A program made the translations under genes and the position numbers. Below are positions 29,845 through 34,072 of a stretch of 34,072 bases of DNA, piece by piece; position 1 is the stretch's first letter; each line of letters opens with the position of its first letter. Source of the DNA: Hydrogenimonas sp. (GTDB taxonomy: Bacteria > Campylobacterota > Campylobacteria > Campylobacterales > Hydrogenimonadaceae); NCBI RefSeq assembly GCF_029933015.1, contig NZ_JAOZOZ010000001.1, positions 23,444 to 57,515 on the forward strand, read 5' to 3'. The notes below the pieces were generated by a model. It was not told where the DNA came from. It saw nothing but the letters and a program-made list of their open reading frames with translations, and did no database searches.

Positions 29845-29862
29845 TCCCGTCCACAAAGAGAT

Positions 29863-29939
29863 GCGCTCGTAGCTCAGCTGGATAGAGCACTGGTTTGCGG
29901 TACCAGCGGTCGCACGTTCGAATCGTGCCGGGCGCGCCA
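29863..29939 (+). tRNA. tRNA-Arg (anticodon GCG)
   Basis: 77 nt; acceptor GCGCTCG/CGGGCGC, D arm GCTC/GAGC, anticodon arm CTGGT-TTGCGGT-ACCAG, GTTCGAATC, encoded CCA. Confidence 0.96.
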
Positions 29940-30028
29940 TCTTCCAACCACGACAGAAACGAATTTCCAACAACTTTTTTTCAAATCCATAGATATTTTA
30001 GCTTTTTTTCAAATCGTGTTTCCGTTTT

Positions 30029-30490
30029 CTATTGTCGCTCTTTGGAAACATGTTTCGCAAGAAAAGCATTGAGCGCGTTGGCGAAGGCGTGGGCGTCTTT
30101 GGGGCCGAAAGGTTTGGGCCCGGCGGTGGTCTCTCCTGTGGAGCGGATCTCATCCATCAGATTGCGCATGGCCAGATACTGTTTGATATTGTCCCGGGTG
30201 TAGAGCGTACCCCGGTGGTCGAGGGCGTGGGCGTTTCGTTCGACGATGCGGTCGGCGAGGGGAATGTCGGCGGTGATGACCAGATCACCCGGCTCCGTCA
30301 GCTCCACGATTCTATGGTCCGCCCGGTCGGCGCCCGCTTCGACGATTTCGTAGCGGATCGGCATGGAGCCGCCGATATCTATTTTTTTGTTGGCGACGAC
30401 GATGGCAGGGATCTTCAGGCGCGCGACGGCGCGGGAAACGATGGGTTTGAGAAGATTGGGAAAGGCGTCGCCGTCGATGAGAATTTTCAT
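30029..30490 (-). CDS. YaiI/YqxD family protein (DUF188)
   Basis: MKILIDGDAFP, ADHRI, DLVITADIPLA. Confidence 0.9.
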   Translation of the reverse strand: MKILIDGDAFPNLLKPIVSRAVARLKIPAIVVANKKIDIGGSMPIRYEIVEAGADRADHRIVELTEPGDLVITADIPLADRIVERNAHALDHRGTLYTRDNIKQYLAMRNLMDEIRSTGETTAGPKPFGPKDAHAFANALNAFLAKHVSKERQ

Positions 30491-30684
30491 CCCTTCACGA
30501 TCTCCTTGACCCGACCCACCTCTCCGGTGGTGAGACGTACCTTGATGCCGTGGGGGTGGCGGGGAGAACGGGTCAGAATCTGCTGTACGATGCCGTAGGT
30601 GAGATAGCCCGTGGACTGGTCCTCTTTCATCACGATCCCCACATGCAAGCCCGGACGGATATTTTTTCGCAATGTGCCGCTCAC
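30487..30684 (-). CDS. YwbE family protein (DUF2196)
   Basis: KEDQSTG..G.V..ILT.S..HPHGIKVRL..G.VGRV; AAGGAG RBS; TATAAT at 30703-30708 (minus). Confidence 0.88.
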   Translation of the reverse strand: MSGTLRKNIRPGLHVGIVMKEDQSTGYLTYGIVQQILTRSPRHPHGIKVRLTTGEVGRVKEIVKG

Positions 30685-30753
30685 ATCTCTCCTTTTTGGT
30701 GTATTATAGCCGGTTTCCAGTCAGTACTAAAACCCATCCTTTCAGAAATAGAT

Positions 30754-30966
30754 TCAATTTTTTCTTTCATGCATATATGTGAAAGCGTAGAGTGATCCTA
30801 TCGCATTCCTGGTCTGGTAGGGGAGAGGACGCTCTGCATATCGGGTAACCGGATCATATTCGAAAAAACATTTGTTGCATTTGATCAGCTGTTTTTCCAA
30901 TATCTGTTTTGGCATGTTATGGATACTTTTCGCAACCCTTTTACACTCCAATGTCGTACATTTCAT
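30754..30966 (-). CDS. Hypothetical 70-aa Cys-containing protein
   Basis: AGGAGG RBS 5 nt before ATG; C-x4-C and C-x2-C pairs; AT-rich. Confidence 0.55.
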   Translation of the reverse strand: MKCTTLECKRVAKSIHNMPKQILEKQLIKCNKCFFEYDPVTRYAERPLPYQTRNAIGSLYAFTYMHERKN

Positions 30967-31151
30967 GGTAACCTCCTGATGTTTTTGTCAGTTTAGAAGA
31001 GTGTTGTCGATTTTGGAAGAGCATTTTGAAAAATTTTTCTCCCGTGAATTGCCTAGAACCTGTCTCAAAGAACCATTTTAAGGTGACTGTGCGATAAATT
31101 CTGATAATATAACTACCAAATCAAACAAAAAAAATCGTTCAAAGGATCACC

Positions 31152-31532
31152 ATGCATATCGAACCGCGTATACTCGATTTCGTCGCATTGGGTATCTTCG
31201 TCGTGGTCACAATTTTTCTGGTCTATCTTGTCATCTACATCCACGACATCCCCTACGAGATCGCGAAAAAGCGGAATCATCCCCACCGGGAGGCGATTCA
31301 TGCTGCCGGATGGGTCAGTCTCTTCCTGATGCATACCATCTGGCCCTTTCTGTGGATCTGGGCCTATCTTTACAATCCGAAAGAGGGGTGGGGCGTCGAG
31401 AAGGTAGCTGTCGAACCCACGGAGGAACTCAAAGGTGAGCTTAAGGCGATTTCCGAGCTCAAAGAGAAGATCAATGAGCTGGAAAAGGAGCTCGAAAAGG
31501 TCAAATGTGAGACGAAAGGGGAGGTGGCCTGA
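31152..31532 (+). CDS. DUF3302 (YibI/YiaW-like) two-TM protein with C-terminal coiled coil
   Basis: IHDIPYEIAKKRNHPHREAIHAAGWVSLF..WPFLWIWA. Confidence 0.9.
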   Translation: MHIEPRILDFVALGIFVVVTIFLVYLVIYIHDIPYEIAKKRNHPHREAIHAAGWVSLFLMHTIWPFLWIWAYLYNPKEGWGVEKVAVEPTEELKGELKAISELKEKINELEKELEKVKCETKGEVA

Positions 31533-32488
31533 TGGAAACCTTGATGCTGTTGACCTATGTGGCACTCTGCTGGGCCATCTTCAAAATTTTTAAAATTCCT
31601 GTCAACAAATGGTCGCTGACAACGGCTGTATTGGGTGGTGTGGTTTTGATCGGCCATATTTTGATGGGGATGGCCTATTACCATCCCGCCTCCAGACAGG
31701 CGAGGGTTTTCTATATCACGACGCCGATTCTCCCCAATGTTCGGGGTCTCGTAACCGAAGTACCCGTCAAGCCCAATGTCCCCATCAAAAAGGGTGAGGT
31801 TCTTTTCAAAATCGACGAAACACCCTATCGCGCGAAAGTGGATGAGATCAAAGCCCAGCTGACCTTCGCGGAAAAGCGGTTAAAAGATGTGATTAAACTT
31901 CGCAAACGGGCGGGCGGGTCGAAATTCGACATCGAAGAGTACCGCAGGCAGGTGGCCCAGGCCAAAGCGCAGCTGGTCGATGCGATGTTCGATCTGCAAA
32001 GCTGTACCGTCCGGGCACCTTCGGACGGCTACGTGACCCATATCCGTGTACGTCCGGGGCAGATGGCGGTTCCCTTTCCGATCCAGCCGATGATGACCTT
32101 CGTCAACGCCGACACCGCGACGCTGATCGCCGGTTTTCCACCGGAACCTTCCAGCAACATTCATGAAGGGGATGAGGCGGAAGTGGTCTTTCCGGCCTAT
32201 CCGGGCATGACGTTTCAAGGACATGTGGTGAAAGTGCTGCCGGCCCTGGCGGAAGGTGAATTGAAACCGACTCAGGATATGGTCTCTTTCAATCGCCAGC
32301 TTCCCCAGGGTCTCATCCCTGCGATCATCGAATTGGATGAGAATCTTTCGCAGATCGGTCTGCCGATGGGGGTCGATGCGGAAGTCGCTGTCTATGGAGC
32401 GAGCGAAGGATACTGGTCCCATATCTCCATCGTCCGTCGCATTCTGCTGCGAATGATTACCTGGTCGCATTTCCTGAGGTTCCACTAG
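31532..32488 (+). CDS. HlyD-family membrane fusion protein (YibH/YiaV-like)
   Basis: METLMLLTY..IFKIFKIPVNKW N-terminus; lipoyl halves VRGLVTEVPV..KGEVLFKID and VRAPSDGYV; RRILLRM..W C-terminus. Confidence 0.9.
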   Translation: METLMLLTYVALCWAIFKIFKIPVNKWSLTTAVLGGVVLIGHILMGMAYYHPASRQARVFYITTPILPNVRGLVTEVPVKPNVPIKKGEVLFKIDETPYRAKVDEIKAQLTFAEKRLKDVIKLRKRAGGSKFDIEEYRRQVAQAKAQLVDAMFDLQSCTVRAPSDGYVTHIRVRPGQMAVPFPIQPMMTFVNADTATLIAGFPPEPSSNIHEGDEAEVVFPAYPGMTFQGHVVKVLPALAEGELKPTQDMVSFNRQLPQGLIPAIIELDENLSQIGLPMGVDAEVAVYGASEGYWSHISIVRRILLRMITWSHFLRFH

Positions 32489-32522
32489 AAGTTGACGTGC
32501 AAACATGGATCAAGCCCGTTTT

Positions 32523-32549
32523 ATGGAGAGAAGGGTTCATTCTCTCCAT
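32523..32549 (+). terminator. Perfect 10-bp hairpin between the HlyD and OMF genes (possible terminator or mRNA-stabilising stem)
   Basis: ATGGAGAGAA-N7-TTCTCTCCAT; only a weak U-tract follows. Confidence 0.45.
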
Positions 32550-32640
32550 TCTCTGAACTTTCGAAATGGATCGGAGCTTTGGTGTGGGGAAATGGGCGAA
32601 AGTTATGTACGGTTGGTATTAAAAAAGTGAAGGAGAAGGG

Positions 32641-34050
32641 ATGAATCTTCCGGTTGGCAAGAGTGTGATATCGGCTGTGACGGTGGGGATGTTGATGAGT
32701 GGCTGTGCCTATGAGGCGGCGAGTTTCAAAGAGGCGACGGCATCGTTGAAAAGCGAAACGGCTGCGACCAATAGCAGTTTCGTGGCCGACCATATCGAAG
32801 GCAATGTCTCCAATGCATGGCTGGAGAGTTTCGGTGACGAAACACTGATGACGCTGGTCGACGAGGCGCAGAAAAACAATCCCGACCTGAGAGTTTCGGC
32901 TGCAAGGGTCGAAAAGGCCGCTGCACTCATGCGCCTGAGCAGATCGGGTCTCTATCCTCATTTGAACATTCGCGGAAATTTCACCGATTTCGACTACACG
33001 ACACGGGATAAAGGATACCTGGTGGGATCTGTCGCGTGGGAACCGGATATCTGGGGACGCCTGACGACACTCAACAGGGCCGACGAAGAGGTCATGAAAT
33101 CTGTCGCCGCAGACTTTGCCTGGGCCCGCCAGTCGCTGGCTGCCACGACCGCCAAAGCGTGGTTCGCCCTCAACCGCGACAAAATGCTCTACGACTTCAT
33201 GCGCGAAATCGTAAAGATCCAGGAGAAAGCGCTTTATGTGGCCAAAGAGCGTGAGGAGATCGGTGCAGGAACGAAGCGTGATGTCCATCTGGTGACGGCT
33301 ATGGCGGCCGAATCGAAACAGATGCTCAAAAATTTCGAAACGATGCAGCAGGTCGATACGCGCAGTCTCGAAACGCTTGTGGGACGCTATCCCGCCAACG
33401 CGATCGAACCGAAAGGTCTGACGAAGATGCCGCCCGAGCTTCCGGCATCCGGCATTCCCGCCGATCTGCTCAACCGCCGGCCTGATCTGGTAGCGGCACG
33501 CTACCGTGTCGCTGCGGCGTTTCACAACGAAAAGGCGACCGAGCTTCTGAAACTTCCCAATATCACTCTGCGTTTCGACATGGGCTACGACCATGTCTAC
33601 GATACTGTCGCCAAACTGATCGGCAATCTCTTCATGCCGGTTTACGACGCAGGGCGGATCGATGCCCTGATTGCCGCCGCTACGGCGGATCAGAAAGCGG
33701 CCATCGCCAATTACCGGAGTGTCGTGCTGCGAGCCTTCCGTGAAGTCGAAAACGCGTTAGCGCAGGAGAAGCAGCTCAAAGAGCGTTATGACTTTCTGAT
33801 GACGACGGAAAGAGAGTACAAAACCGCCTACGATATGACGGTGGAGACCTACGAAATCGGGGAGGGGACCATCATCGACGTGCTGACGGCCCAGAGCAAA
33901 TGGATCGACGCAGGCATCACCCGTGTCAACATCGCCAACCGGCGTCTCGCCAACAGGGTCGACCTCCATCTGGCACTGGGCGGCGGTTTTGATGCCAGGC
34001 CATCCTGGAACCTCGACTACGCCAAAACGCACGCTTCCGAAAAGAAGTGA
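32641..34050 (+). CDS. Efflux outer membrane factor lipoprotein (NodT/OprM/TolC family)
   Basis: Lipobox LMSGC; NNPDL, WEPDIWG, GIPADLLNRRPDL, AFREVENAL, LALGGG. Confidence 0.92.
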   Translation: MNLPVGKSVISAVTVGMLMSGCAYEAASFKEATASLKSETAATNSSFVADHIEGNVSNAWLESFGDETLMTLVDEAQKNNPDLRVSAARVEKAAALMRLSRSGLYPHLNIRGNFTDFDYTTRDKGYLVGSVAWEPDIWGRLTTLNRADEEVMKSVAADFAWARQSLAATTAKAWFALNRDKMLYDFMREIVKIQEKALYVAKEREEIGAGTKRDVHLVTAMAAESKQMLKNFETMQQVDTRSLETLVGRYPANAIEPKGLTKMPPELPASGIPADLLNRRPDLVAARYRVAAAFHNEKATELLKLPNITLRFDMGYDHVYDTVAKLIGNLFMPVYDAGRIDALIAAATADQKAAIANYRSVVLRAFREVENALAQEKQLKERYDFLMTTEREYKTAYDMTVETYEIGEGTIIDVLTAQSKWIDAGITRVNIANRRLANRVDLHLALGGGFDARPSWNLDYAKTHASEKK

Positions 34051-34054
34051 AAGA

Positions 34055-34072
34055 GGCCCGTAAATCCGGGCC
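34055..34072 (+). terminator. Probable intrinsic terminator (truncated by window edge)
   Basis: GGCCCG-TAAATC-CGGGCC immediately after the OMF stop; U-tract not visible. Confidence 0.5.

Noticed and set aside
29759-30203. Small ORFs overlapping the tRNA
   Set aside because: Explained by the tRNA, its promoter and the yaiI antisense strand.
29940-34072. Integrative element at tRNA-Arg
   Set aside because: No integrase, transposase or duplicated tRNA 3' end seen in the window; only a lower GC content.

Overview
GC-rich chromosomal window from a Campylobacterota (epsilonproteobacterial) bacterium, probably a vent or hydrogen-oxidising lineage such as Hydrogenimonas; this is inferred from the nuoX-type subunit, nuoN-pflA synteny and tRNA-Arg(GCG). 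Left: an envelope-stress cluster (unannotated 25-aa membrane peptide, xpaC and probable telA; divergent AIM24 gene; MerR regulator coupled to an aas LplT-PlsC-acyl-ACP synthetase fusion) plus a multi-hairpin intergenic element. Centre: a 17-kb complex I operon, nuoABCD-nuoX-[FAD/Fe-S oxidoreductase]-nuoG1-nuoG2-nuoHIJKLMN, with no canonical nuoEF. In their place sit an SfrB-like, probably NADPH-specific, circularly permuted GltD/NfnL-family flavoprotein and a duplicated NuoG. This non-canonical electron-input module is the most interesting system in the window. Right: pflA, a probably leaderless miaA, mqnP operon, atypical UDG, tRNA-Arg(GCG), small accessory genes, and a DUF3302-HlyD-outer membrane factor efflux-like cluster with no recognisable inner-membrane pump. 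All product calls come from motif and family recognition by eye; no database searches were run.
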